Part shown: positions 39,682-48,962 of the stretch, piece after piece
Position numbering within the stretch: the first letter of the stretch is position 1
Layout: each line of letters starts with the position of its first letter
From: an uncultured Lachnospiraceae bacterium
GTDB taxonomy: Bacteria > Bacillota > Clostridia > Lachnospirales > Lachnospiraceae
Reading direction: 5' to 3'
NCBI GenBank assembly: GCA_947165275.1
Contig: CAMUZQ010000005.1
Coordinates: 15,110-79,109, forward strand
Length of the DNA: 64,000 bases
Program-made: the position numbers and the translations under genes
The notes under the pieces: generated by a model
Seen by the model: only the letters and a program-made list of their open reading frames with translations
What the model was told of the DNA's origin: nothing
The model's database searches: none

Positions 39682-40683
39682 ATGACACACTCTAAAAGCT
39701 CTACTATGGCGATATATTTTGCCGAAATGGATTATCTTGAATGCTTCATGAATTACATATCGGAAAAAAACACCGGCTTCGTTTGCTGCGGCTTCACGAA
39801 AAGCGACAGCCTGAAGGAATATGCAAAGAAAAATCATATAGCCGTACTGCTGACGGATTCCGTCTGCTTTGAGAAGGGCGCGAGACATATAAATTCAGAA
39901 ATGACGGTAGTGCTTACGGAAAGACCGGATACGGAAAATCCCCCGGGAGTGTATACGGTGAATATCCTCCAGCCTGTAGATGAGATACTCCGCGAGATCC
40001 TCAAAACAGCTGCAAGGCTTGACATTACCGTAGCTCAAAGCGTATTAAGCTCATCTCTCAATATATATTCCTTCTTCTCGCCGGTCGGCAGATGCCTGAA
40101 AACGAGCCTTGCCGTAGCTGCAGCCCAGCTCCTGTCCGACCGTGACAGAACTATATATATAAACCTTGAACCGGATTCCGGCTTTTCCGTACTTTTCGGA
40201 CGTGAATACGATACCGATCTTTCGGATCTGATGTTCTACTTAAGAGACGGATCACATGACAGTGCTTCCCTGATGCTCCAAAGCGCTGTATGCGACAGTC
40301 AGGGAATAAGCTATATCCCCTCCGTCATGAATCCGGGGGATCTCTTCCAGATATCCTGTGATGAGCTCATCAGGCTTTTTGATCTGCTTCAGAGCAATGG
40401 CTATAAAAATATAGTACTGGACCTTGGGATCCTGCTTCCCGGATTCGAAAGGCTGCTTGCCATCAGCGAAAAGATATTTATGCCTGTCTTAAATGACAGT
40501 GTATCAGCGGCTAAAACTTCGCAGCTTTTCTCATATTTAAGGACTCTGGAGGATATCCGCATCGAGGACCGTATCCGGAACCTGGAACCGCCGTTTTTTA
40601 AGGATCTTCCGGGTATAGCAGGAAACATGAGGCATACTGAGATAGGAAGATATATGGCCGGTTTTTTATACGGGCCAAGCTGA
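39682..40683 (+). CDS. TadZ/CpaE-like receiver plus ParA/MinD-like protein
   Basis: Receiver-like N-terminus; deviant P-loop SPVGRCLKTS; YINLE and IVLDLG; directly upstream of the CpaF ATPase. Confidence 0.65.
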   Translation: MTHSKSSTMAIYFAEMDYLECFMNYISEKNTGFVCCGFTKSDSLKEYAKKNHIAVLLTDSVCFEKGARHINSEMTVVLTERPDTENPPGVYTVNILQPVDEILREILKTAARLDITVAQSVLSSSLNIYSFFSPVGRCLKTSLAVAAAQLLSDRDRTIYINLEPDSGFSVLFGREYDTDLSDLMFYLRDGSHDSASLMLQSAVCDSQGISYIPSVMNPGDLFQISCDELIRLFDLLQSNGYKNIVLDLGILLPGFERLLAISEKIFMPVLNDSVSAAKTSQLFSYLRTLEDIRIEDRIRNLEPPFFKDLPGIAGNMRHTEIGRYMAGFLYGPS

Positions 40684-40723
40684 GGCTTTCAGATGCGTGC
40701 TATCGGGATAAGCAGGCAGGAGA

Positions 40724-42007
40724 TTGGTTCCCGGGACAGGAGGTATCGGACTTATGGATGCAGCCACGGAAAACAGCAGGGATAACAGCAGATTTCTCCG
40801 ACTTAAGGAGGATGTCATCTCAAGGATAGATATGTCCAGAGATGTCTCAGATGAAGAGATCCGGGATATCATCAGAAATTCCATCTATGAGATGAAAAAA
40901 ACAGAGAATATAAGCCTGCTTGAACGTGAGGAGCTTTTTCAGCTTTTGTTCTGCGAGGTCAGAAGACTCGGTATCCTGGAGGAGCTCGTAGCCGACAGCT
41001 CCGTAACGGAGATAATGGTAAACGGCATAAGCGATATCTTCATTGAGCGCGACGGAGTCATATCAAAATGGGACAGGCATTTCGAATCTGTGGACAGTCT
41101 GCGGTCTGTTATCCAGCAGATCGTCGCCAAAAGCAACCGGATAGTAAATGAAGCCTCCCCGATAGTGGATGCGAGGCTCGAAAACGGCGCAAGAGTCAAT
41201 GTCGTCATGAATCCTGTCGCCATAAACGGCCCGATACTGACCATAAGGCGCTTTCCCGACGATCCGATCACGATGAAGGATCTGATCGGCTTCACCTCCA
41301 TTACGCCGGAGGCAGCCGAATATATGAAAAGACTTGTTGTCTCGGGCTATAACATATTTGTTTCCGGCGGTACCGGCTCCGGTAAGACGACTTTCCTGAA
41401 TGCTCTGTCCGAATATATCCCTTCCACGGAAAGGATAATTACCATTGAGGATTCTGCCGAGCTTCAGATAAGGGGCATTGAAAATCTTGTGAGTCTTGAA
41501 ACGAGAAATGCCAATGTAGAGGGCCTGCGTGAGATATCTGTCAGGGATCTGATAAAAACCTCCCTCAGAATGAGACCCGACCGCATCATAGTCGGAGAGA
41601 TCAGGGACGGCGCGGCATTGGATTTTCTTTCAGCTGCAAATACAGGACACGACGGTTCCCTGTGTACCGGTCATGCAAACAGTGCAAAGGACATGCTCTC
41701 AAGGATAGAAACCATGGTGCTTATGGGAATGGAGCTGCCACTTCCGGCTGTACGACGCCAGATGGCATCTGCCATAGATATCATAGTGCATCTGGGAAGA
41801 CTCCGGGACAAAACCCGCAAGGTTTTGGAGATCACGGAGATGATCGGTCTTGAAAACGGTGAATTTGTGCTTAATCCGTTATTCAGTTTTATTGAGGAAG
41901 GAGAGACAAAACGTGGACTCATCAAAGGAAATCTCAAAAAAACCGGCCGGCTTTCATTTGTGGAAAAGCTCCAGAGATGCGGCCTTTATGATAAGGATCT
42001 TATTTGA
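40724..42007 (+). CDS. cpaF: CpaF/TadA pilus assembly ATPase
   Basis: TEIMVNG, VDARLENGARV, GGTGSGKTT, IEDSAEL, RMRPDRIIVGEIR and TGHDGS..TGHANS; alternative start 40754. Confidence 0.93.
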   Translation: MVPGTGGIGLMDAATENSRDNSRFLRLKEDVISRIDMSRDVSDEEIRDIIRNSIYEMKKTENISLLEREELFQLLFCEVRRLGILEELVADSSVTEIMVNGISDIFIERDGVISKWDRHFESVDSLRSVIQQIVAKSNRIVNEASPIVDARLENGARVNVVMNPVAINGPILTIRRFPDDPITMKDLIGFTSITPEAAEYMKRLVVSGYNIFVSGGTGSGKTTFLNALSEYIPSTERIITIEDSAELQIRGIENLVSLETRNANVEGLREISVRDLIKTSLRMRPDRIIVGEIRDGAALDFLSAANTGHDGSLCTGHANSAKDMLSRIETMVLMGMELPLPAVRRQMASAIDIIVHLGRLRDKTRKVLEITEMIGLENGEFVLNPLFSFIEEGETKRGLIKGNLKKTGRLSFVEKLQRCGLYDKDLI

Positions 42008-42689
42008 ATGGACAGCGATATGCGCCCTCACGGCATATGTTTTTTACAGAAGCATCCCCGCCTTTGCAATACTTTTTCCGGGTATAGTCCCCTACGCCGG
42101 CTGGAGGACCGCCCAGGCGGAACGCGCCAGAAAAACACTTCTTTCGATGCAGTTCAGAGAAAGCATCCTTGCCGTCAGTACCGCGCTCAATGCCGGATAT
42201 TCCGTTGAAAATTCTTTTATTGAAGCATATCACGACATGAAGGAGATGTACGGGGACGAAGCCCCGATAACTGCTGAATTCTACAGGATAGTATTGCGGC
42301 TGCGTGATAATGAGCAGATCGAATATATAATCCGGGATTTCGGCCGGAGAAGTGAGATAGAGGACATCAATGATTTTGCTGCTGTCTTCGAAGCGGCAAA
42401 ACGGATAGGAGGAGATATGACAAAAATAATCAAAAGAGCCTCAGCGAATATTAGTGAAAAAATCGACGTGAAAAGAGAAATAGAAACCTCCATGAGCGCC
42501 AGAAGGCTGGAGCTTCGGGTAATGGAGGTCGTTCCCTTCGGCATCCTGCTGTATCTGCAGACCGGCTCCTCAGATTTTATCTCCATACTTTACAGTGGGA
42601 TCACAGGAAGAGTGCTCATGACCTCAGCGCTGGCAGTATACCTTGCCGGAGTGTTCATGGCTGAGAGAATAATAAATATAGAGGTCTGA
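41988..42689 (+). CDS. TadB-like T2SS-F family platform protein
   Basis: QFRESI..ALNAGYSVENSF and GGDMTKII; C-terminal TM hairpin; start moved to ATG 41988. Confidence 0.8.
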   Translation: MIRILFEWTAICALTAYVFYRSIPAFAILFPGIVPYAGWRTAQAERARKTLLSMQFRESILAVSTALNAGYSVENSFIEAYHDMKEMYGDEAPITAEFYRIVLRLRDNEQIEYIIRDFGRRSEIEDINDFAAVFEAAKRIGGDMTKIIKRASANISEKIDVKREIETSMSARRLELRVMEVVPFGILLYLQTGSSDFISILYSGITGRVLMTSALAVYLAGVFMAERIINIEV

Positions 42690-42691
42690 TC

Positions 42692-44038
42692 ATGAAGCCC
42701 TTTTACAGACTGGCTGAAATGATCCTCAGATATTTCACGCCAAAAGAAACAGAATATGTGAGAGAGAAGCAGATGCTCATGCATCCGGGTGAATCCGGTG
42801 CCAGACTGACCAGAGATTACTTTATCAAAAAGATCGGTACAGTGATCGCCATCACCGCAGCCGGGATCGTACTGTCAACAACGGTGCTGATCGCAGATAT
42901 AAGAAGCTCCCGGCAGATAACTGAAGGCAGTATAGAAAGAAACAGCTATGGCGAAGGTGAAAGATCTGTAACTCTGGATCTGTATAAGGACGGAGAGCTC
43001 TTTCAGAGAGAAAAAAAGATCGTGATAGATGAGAAGCATTATACCGGGGATGAGATCCAAACCATCTTTAAAAAAACAGCCGAAGAGATCGAGGTATCCC
43101 TGTTGGGGGAAAACACCTCCCCGGATCATATAGACCATGATCTTATCCTTCCTAAAGGATCTGAAATCTATCCGGTTTCTGTAGAATGGCTCATAGGAGA
43201 CTATGATGCTCTGGACAGCTCGGGACATATCCAGGACAGCTTTCATGATGAGGCAGGAAGAGAGGTAAAGCTTACGGCAGAGCTGTCGTACGGCTCTATG
43301 TGCGAGGATCATGTTTTCTATGTAAAGGTCTACCCGAAATACCGCGAAGCAGATGACAGGCTCTCGCATGACATAGACAGATCCATCAGCGAATATGCCG
43401 TAAACTCTGCCAGTCAAAATGCCCAGCCGCTCCCGGATACAGTCGACGGCTATCACATATCCTACAAAAGATCACTGCCCCATACCTGGATCTGGATACT
43501 TATGACAGCAGGGCTCGCAGGATTTGCGGTCTATACAGGAAAAGACCGGGATCTGAAGGCAGAGGTCACAAAAAGAGAACGTGAAATGCTTTTGGACTAT
43601 CCTGAAATCGTAAGCAAACTGACGCTGCTCATCGGAGCCGGGCTGACCCTCAGATCAGCATTTGAAAAGGTTGCTTCCGACTACAAAAACCGCACCTATG
43701 GCAGGAAATCCTATGCCTGCGAGGAAATGCTCATTACAGTACATCGTATGCGAAGCGGCATAAGCGAGTATGAAGCCTATCTGGACTTCGGAAAAAGATG
43801 CGCCGTGAGACGGTATACCAAGCTCGGCGCCTTATTCTCCCAGAATATAAAGAAGGGAAGCTCCGGTCTTCTGGCCGAGCTTGAAAAGGAAGTAAGGGAC
43901 GCGTTTGAGGAACGCAAGGCAAATGCAAGAAAAAGAGGAGAGGAGGCAGGTACAAAGCTTCTCCTGCCAATGGCAATGATGCTCTCCGTAGTAATGATAA
44001 TAATAATAGTTCCGGCTTTTATGGCTTTTTCATTATAA
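42692..44038 (+). CDS. TadC-like T2SS-F family protein with a large extracytoplasmic insertion
   Basis: TM, ~200-aa soluble segment, TM, then DYPEIVSKLTLLIGAGL and GEEAGTKLLLPM. Confidence 0.8.
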   Translation: MKPFYRLAEMILRYFTPKETEYVREKQMLMHPGESGARLTRDYFIKKIGTVIAITAAGIVLSTTVLIADIRSSRQITEGSIERNSYGEGERSVTLDLYKDGELFQREKKIVIDEKHYTGDEIQTIFKKTAEEIEVSLLGENTSPDHIDHDLILPKGSEIYPVSVEWLIGDYDALDSSGHIQDSFHDEAGREVKLTAELSYGSMCEDHVFYVKVYPKYREADDRLSHDIDRSISEYAVNSASQNAQPLPDTVDGYHISYKRSLPHTWIWILMTAGLAGFAVYTGKDRDLKAEVTKREREMLLDYPEIVSKLTLLIGAGLTLRSAFEKVASDYKNRTYGRKSYACEEMLITVHRMRSGISEYEAYLDFGKRCAVRRYTKLGALFSQNIKKGSSGLLAELEKEVRDAFEERKANARKRGEEAGTKLLLPMAMMLSVVMIIIIVPAFMAFSL

Positions 44039-44185
44039 CTGCCGTCAGCAGCCGGCGTGGTCGTAAGTATTTCAGTTTCAAATTCCATATACCCCGGAAC
44101 ACGTCCCTGACAGGAAGTCTGTTCCGTTTACAGGTATAAATACAGCATGACGGCATTCCATGTCATGTGGAAAGGAGGAGATGCC

Positions 44186-44356
44186 ATGTTGAAGACCATA
44201 AAAAGGTTTATCAGAGAGGAAGACGGTATCGGGACAGTCGAAATGATCCTGATCCTCGTGGTTCTTATCGGTCTCGTACTGATCTTTAAATCACAGCTTA
44301 CCGATCTGGTAAACAAAATCTTCAAAACCATAAACACCAAAGCAGGGCAGGTCTGA
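44186..44356 (+). CDS. Flp-type (type IVb/Tad) major pilin
   Basis: REEDG|IGTVEMILILVVLIGLVLIF (G-1, E+5); 56 aa; AGGAGG RBS. Confidence 0.88.
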   Translation: MLKTIKRFIREEDGIGTVEMILILVVLIGLVLIFKSQLTDLVNKIFKTINTKAGQV

Positions 44357-44373
44357 GCCCTAAAGGAGGATAG

Positions 44374-45801
44374 ATGAAATACAGGTATAAAGGCACGATC
44401 ACAGTTTTTCTGAGCCTGATACTGTCGCTCATACTCTCTTTGATATTGAGCATAACGGAAAGCGCCGCCTATGCGGCATCAAGAATGAAATGTGAATTAG
44501 CGGCAGATCTGTCGCTGGAATCCGTATTCGCTGAATACAACAGAGAGCTTCTAAGCCGGTACGACCTGTATTTCATCGATACCTCATACGGCGGTCCTGC
44601 TCCTTCCTTAAATGAACTGAAGGAGCATATGAAGGATTATATAAGCTACAATATAGATCCCTCAAAGGGCACCTTCTCCATCATATCCCCTGCCGATTTT
44701 ACGGCTCTTAAACTTGAATCTCTGGATATCGCAGAAGCCTCATACGCTTCAGATGCGGCAGGAAGAGTCTTCAAAAGACAGGCGATCCAGGCCTTTGAAG
44801 ACCTCCACGGGATAAGCGCCGCCAAGGCTCTTGCAGGAAAAGCAGGGGCTTTGATCTCGGATTACAACAGCAGCGGGATAGAGGATGAGGATCCGGACGA
44901 ATACCGCAAGCAGCTGGAGCAGGAGCTGAATGATATAGATTATAAGATATCCGACAACCCCGCAAGAAATGCCTTCGACGACAGAGAGGGGATCTTAAGA
45001 CATGTGATGAATACACATTCGATCTCTGACAGGACTATCGATACGTCAGCCCTTATCTCCCACAGGAGCATAAACCGGGGTACGGGAATACATGGCGGGA
45101 ACGTGGATACAGAAAGCATGCTCTCCGAATTGATGTTTGACGAATATCTGATGGACAAATTTACCTCCTATACTGATGAACACTCCGGTGAAGCTGCGGA
45201 ATACGAGCTCGAATACATCCTCTACGGCAAAGCCTCGGACAAAGCGAATCTGAGAAAAACCGTGGAGAAGATAATGCTTTTGCGATACGGAGCGGATGCC
45301 GCTTTCATATTCACCGACGCGGAAAAAAAGAGCTGCGTAGAGGCCATCGCCACTGTGATCTGCACCCTTCTTTTAGTTCCCGAAGCTGCCGATGCCCTGA
45401 CAGACCTGATCCTTCTGGCCTGGGCCTATGGCGAGAGCGTATCCGATACTGTACGGCTGCTGGCAGGGGAAAGAGTCCCTCTTACAAAAAACAGCAGTGA
45501 CTGGAAAATGCCGCTGTGGGGACTGATATCCATAAAGGCAAATGCCAGACCCACAGGACAAAAAGGCACCGGCTTTTCATACGAGGATTATCTCAGGGTT
45601 TTTCTTGCAGTCGAAAACAAAACCACAAAGTGCATGCGGGCCATGGACGTGATCGAAATGAATCTGCGTCAGACGGAGGGCAACAGAAATTTCCGTATGG
45701 ACGGCTGCGTAGAATACGTAAGCATGAGTGCAGTAATGACCTGCAGAGGCAGATACAGACTTTTCATAGACAGGAAAATGAGCTATTTAAGTGACTTTTG
45801 A
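44374..45801 (+). CDS. Large TadG-like pseudopilin (DUF5702-like)
   Basis: KG|TITVFLSLILSLIL prepilin-like start; ELEYILYG..D..NL and YEDYLRVFL motifs. Confidence 0.7.
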   Translation: MKYRYKGTITVFLSLILSLILSLILSITESAAYAASRMKCELAADLSLESVFAEYNRELLSRYDLYFIDTSYGGPAPSLNELKEHMKDYISYNIDPSKGTFSIISPADFTALKLESLDIAEASYASDAAGRVFKRQAIQAFEDLHGISAAKALAGKAGALISDYNSSGIEDEDPDEYRKQLEQELNDIDYKISDNPARNAFDDREGILRHVMNTHSISDRTIDTSALISHRSINRGTGIHGGNVDTESMLSELMFDEYLMDKFTSYTDEHSGEAAEYELEYILYGKASDKANLRKTVEKIMLLRYGADAAFIFTDAEKKSCVEAIATVICTLLLVPEAADALTDLILLAWAYGESVSDTVRLLAGERVPLTKNSSDWKMPLWGLISIKANARPTGQKGTGFSYEDYLRVFLAVENKTTKCMRAMDVIEMNLRQTEGNRNFRMDGCVEYVSMSAVMTCRGRYRLFIDRKMSYLSDF

Positions 45802-45844
45802 TGTAATGTTTCCGGGAAGGGGTCTCCCACCTTCTTAATGATGT

Positions 45845-46612
45845 GTGATAATTATGAAACTGACAGTAAAACAGAAAAAAGAGATATCAAAAATTCATAC
45901 TCCTGAAAATTCCCCTCCAAAACCCGGGAGGCCCCTTCCCGGCAGCATTACGCTGGAAACAGCCCTTGTACTGCCTGTTTTTCTCTTTGCCATGCTTTCC
46001 GTAATATATATCATCGACGCTATACGGATCTCGTCCGAGAATACCGAAAAGCTGGCGGAAAAGGCCTGTAAATACGCGAAATATGCCTATATAGGAGAAA
46101 GCCTCACAGATGATACCGCATTATCCGACGCCATAGATATGATAAACGGCGGAGATGATATCATTGACCTGGTCAGGCGGTATCGTATCAGTGTTCCATT
46201 TGACCTTCTTAATACCTATGATCCGTATGCACTGGACAGAGTAAGGGTACGCGCCTTTACAGGATACGATAATTCGAAGCACGCAAAATGCAGTGATGAG
46301 GCTGATGAGGATACGGTATATGTAACAGAATACGGCTCCGTATACCACAGATCATTAGGCTGTTCGCATCTCGATCTGAATATCCGGTCCGTGGATTACG
46401 ACAAGATCTCCATGGAGCGGGCAAATGACGGTTCCAGATACCATGCCTGTGAATACTGCTGTCAACCCGGATCACGCCCTTCTTCCGTTTATATTACGGA
46501 TGACGGGAACAGATACCACTCAACTCTGTCCTGCGGCGCCCTTAAAAGAACCATAAACGAAGTATCCTTATCGCAGACAGCTCTGCCTGCCTGTAAAGAA
46601 TGTGGAGGTTAA
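45845..46612 (+). CDS. TadE-like pseudopilin with tandem Cys/His zinc-ribbon C-terminus
   Basis: G|SITLETALVLPVF; two YH..C..L...CxxC modules. Confidence 0.75.
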   Translation: MIIMKLTVKQKKEISKIHTPENSPPKPGRPLPGSITLETALVLPVFLFAMLSVIYIIDAIRISSENTEKLAEKACKYAKYAYIGESLTDDTALSDAIDMINGGDDIIDLVRRYRISVPFDLLNTYDPYALDRVRVRAFTGYDNSKHAKCSDEADEDTVYVTEYGSVYHRSLGCSHLDLNIRSVDYDKISMERANDGSRYHACEYCCQPGSRPSSVYITDDGNRYHSTLSCGALKRTINEVSLSQTALPACKECGG

Positions 46613-46613
46613 A

Positions 46614-47030
46614 ATGATCCCTCTTTTGTTATTTCTGATACTGGGAACCGTGTCTGATATAAAAAACCGAAGCATTCCGGCAATATTCTTTCTGATCTTT
46701 GGCATGCTGGGACTTCTGGAATATATGCTTTACGGCAGGACTGCCCTGATAAATGAATTAATGGGGATAATACTCGGTATTGTTTTTATCGCGGTATCTA
46801 TCATATCCGAAAACAGGCTGGGAATGGGAGACGCCCTGGCGATCCTTGTAACAGGGGTTTTCCTCGGTGGCATGGAGGCCTCCTGTGCCCTCCTTTGCGC
46901 GATGCTTATAAGCGCCTTTTTCTCTGTCATCATTCTGGCTCTTCATAGGGGTGACCGCTCTACGGCTCTTCCCTTCATACCCTTCCTGCTGGCCGGATAC
47001 ATTCTTGAAAAGCTGGGAGCTGCAATATGA
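46614..47030 (+). CDS. Prepilin peptidase, A24 family, copy 2
   Basis: VSDIKNRSIP and GMGDAL carry both catalytic Asp; LPFIPFL; GGAGG RBS before ATG 46614. Confidence 0.8.
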   Translation: MIPLLLFLILGTVSDIKNRSIPAIFFLIFGMLGLLEYMLYGRTALINELMGIILGIVFIAVSIISENRLGMGDALAILVTGVFLGGMEASCALLCAMLISAFFSVIILALHRGDRSTALPFIPFLLAGYILEKLGAAI

Positions 47031-47482
47031 GAAGGCATCTTAAAGCATCCTGTACAGTAGAGGCGGCGCTGATCTTTCCTTTTATCATGGGCATTATAGT
47101 GTTTATCATCTATATTTCCTTTTTCCTTCACGACAGGGCTGTCATGAAGAGCTGTGCATATCAGGCGGCATTGAAGGGAAGCCTGATACGGAGCAGTACC
47201 TCCGAAATGGAAAATGCGGCACGCAGAGCAGCTGAATATAATATCGACGGCCTTCTGCTGGCAACTGCGGATCTCAATACCGAGGTGGCTGTATCCGGGA
47301 AGGAGATAACAGTGTCATACAGAGGAAATCTGCGGATCCCGCAGGGGATCCTTTTCATGAAGATAACCGGGACTGACAGTATAGAGGTCTCGGGCGAAGC
47401 CAGCGCATACCAGAAGGATGCGATAGAATTCATCAGAAAAAGCCGGACAGTCACAAATTCATTGAATCATGCCGGAAAATAA
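47027..47482 (+). CDS. TadE family pseudopilin
   Basis: KA|SCTVEAALIFPFIMGIIVFII. Confidence 0.8.
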   Translation: MRRHLKASCTVEAALIFPFIMGIIVFIIYISFFLHDRAVMKSCAYQAALKGSLIRSSTSEMENAARRAAEYNIDGLLLATADLNTEVAVSGKEITVSYRGNLRIPQGILFMKITGTDSIEVSGEASAYQKDAIEFIRKSRTVTNSLNHAGK

Positions 47483-47497
47483 TATGGAGGTTAGAAA

Positions 47498-48865
47498 ATG
47501 CAGATCACCTATAAAAGAAACGGCCTTAAGAACTATATGATCATAAGGAATGAAAAGGACGGCTCTCCGGGCCTTCGCGAAAAAATGATAATACGTAATA
47601 AGATCAGACATCTTGCAAAAATGACTCCCCAGAGCATCGACGGCAAAACCTATTACTACTACGATATCCAGGGCAGAGTAAATCTTGAGGCTCTTTTTAC
47701 CGGACGCTGCTTTAAGGCTGACGAGCTTCGGGCAATACTTAAAAGCCTGTCAGAAATGCTGTACGAGCTTCAGCGGTATATGCTCTCTCCTGATGAGGTC
47801 ATTTTTTCTCCCGGTGCTGTATGGCTGTCCCCTGATACTCTTGAGCCATCTTTTATCTATGTGCCGGAAATGCTGCCTGATGAATGCTGCAGCATAAGAC
47901 TGCTTGCACAGTTTTTCACGGAACATGTCGACGGTGAAGACCGTGAGGCCGCTTCCATGGCTTATGAATATCTTGAGATGGTAGAGAACGGCTATATCAT
48001 ACCAGATGTCAAGGAGCCGCAGCCGGATTTTTGCAGGACTGATGAGACGCCGCCCATCGACCCCGATGATTACTGGGATCTGAAGGAGGGCATAGCTGAT
48101 GAGATGAAACCCTTCTTTGAGGATAACGGGCCGGACAGGCAGGCGGACCGCAGGGCAAAAACGATCCCTGCTGTCATATGTCTTGGTACGGTCATCGTCG
48201 CAGCCGGCATATATATCGCTTTTGTCCTGAGACCGGATCTGTTTCCCGTGATCCTGTCCGATGAAGAATATATGATCGCGGGTGCAGGCATAGCTGTCGC
48301 TTTTGCGCTTGTCCTTACAGGCGTGATCTATATGTTCGGAAAAAAGAACGACAGTGAAGGGAATGAGGGGAATGAGGGGACCGATCTCTCCGGAAATGAC
48401 CCTTCTCCGGCAGAGATGACCTATTCCGGACAGAATGAGGAGATATATGCAGACCGGGAGTATTCTGAAAAAAAAGATCCGGCAGATGAAAAAACCGTAC
48501 TGCTGAAAAGAACCGGTTCTTTTTCCCCTGCCGGCAGATATCCCATGCTGAAATATGATGACGGAAGACATGTTATCATCCGGCGTTTTCCATTCATAAT
48601 GGGAAAGATGAAGACCCGTGTGGATGAAGTCATAGAGGGTGAAGGGATCAGCCGTATACATGCCATGATCAAAGAACAGGATGGATTCTATTATATATCC
48701 GATCTGAATTCCCTCAACGGAACCGGTGTAAACGGCAAAATGCTCGAAGCAAACGAAACTGTGGAGATATCCAGCGGAGATATCATATCCCTGGCGGATA
48801 CGACTCTGACCTTTCAGGCTGCAGCACCTGAAAAACCTGTGCCGGATAATAAATGCAGACAGTAG
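47498..48865 (+). CDS. DUF6382-like N-domain, TM hairpin, FHA domain protein
   Basis: C-terminal FHA (ISRIHA, DLNSLNGTGVN); two TM helices; N-terminal kinase-like segment. Confidence 0.75.
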   Translation: MQITYKRNGLKNYMIIRNEKDGSPGLREKMIIRNKIRHLAKMTPQSIDGKTYYYYDIQGRVNLEALFTGRCFKADELRAILKSLSEMLYELQRYMLSPDEVIFSPGAVWLSPDTLEPSFIYVPEMLPDECCSIRLLAQFFTEHVDGEDREAASMAYEYLEMVENGYIIPDVKEPQPDFCRTDETPPIDPDDYWDLKEGIADEMKPFFEDNGPDRQADRRAKTIPAVICLGTVIVAAGIYIAFVLRPDLFPVILSDEEYMIAGAGIAVAFALVLTGVIYMFGKKNDSEGNEGNEGTDLSGNDPSPAEMTYSGQNEEIYADREYSEKKDPADEKTVLLKRTGSFSPAGRYPMLKYDDGRHVIIRRFPFIMGKMKTRVDEVIEGEGISRIHAMIKEQDGFYYISDLNSLNGTGVNGKMLEANETVEISSGDIISLADTTLTFQAAAPEKPVPDNKCRQ

Positions 48866-48956
48866 AAATGCCTGATCATCCGATCAGGCATTTCAGGAGA
48901 AGGTATTTCTTTCTTATGGGGTGCCGTCCTTCCAGACGACATCATGTATTGGGGGT
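48861..48956 (-). ncRNA. Candidate ~95-nt small RNA
   Basis: Promoter-like TTGACA-16-TATTAT upstream, internal hairpin, C-rich motifs, terminal 13-bp hairpin; not a recognised family. Confidence 0.35.
48865..48894. terminator. 13-bp perfect hairpin (possibly bidirectional terminator)
   Basis: GAAATGCCTGATC-ATCC-GATCAGGCATTTC immediately after the last Tad gene. Confidence 0.8.
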
Positions 48957-48962
48957 ACGCTG

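Noticed and set aside
41850-41987. ORF-track N-terminal extension of TadB (similar extensions for galM, atpB, the dehydrogenase, the kinase, mtaD, pyrD and flp)
   Set aside because: Extensions overlap upstream genes or lack an RBS; downstream ATGs fit the family N-termini better
48361-48378. 9-bp tandem duplication GAATGAGGG
   Set aside because: Two copies in a low-complexity linker; trivial slippage
43011-48475. A7-A8 tracts in Tad genes as phase-variation switches
   Set aside because: All in frame, encode Lys-rich stretches, and are no longer than runs elsewhere in the window
47750-48661. 303-aa minus-strand ORF
   Set aside because: Antisense shadow of the FHA gene; no motifs or RBS
39180-48876. 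ATGCCTGAT 9-mer at both ends of the Tad locus as a target-site duplication
   Set aside because: Each copy is an arm of a local hairpin, the match is short enough to be chance, and no mobility gene is present
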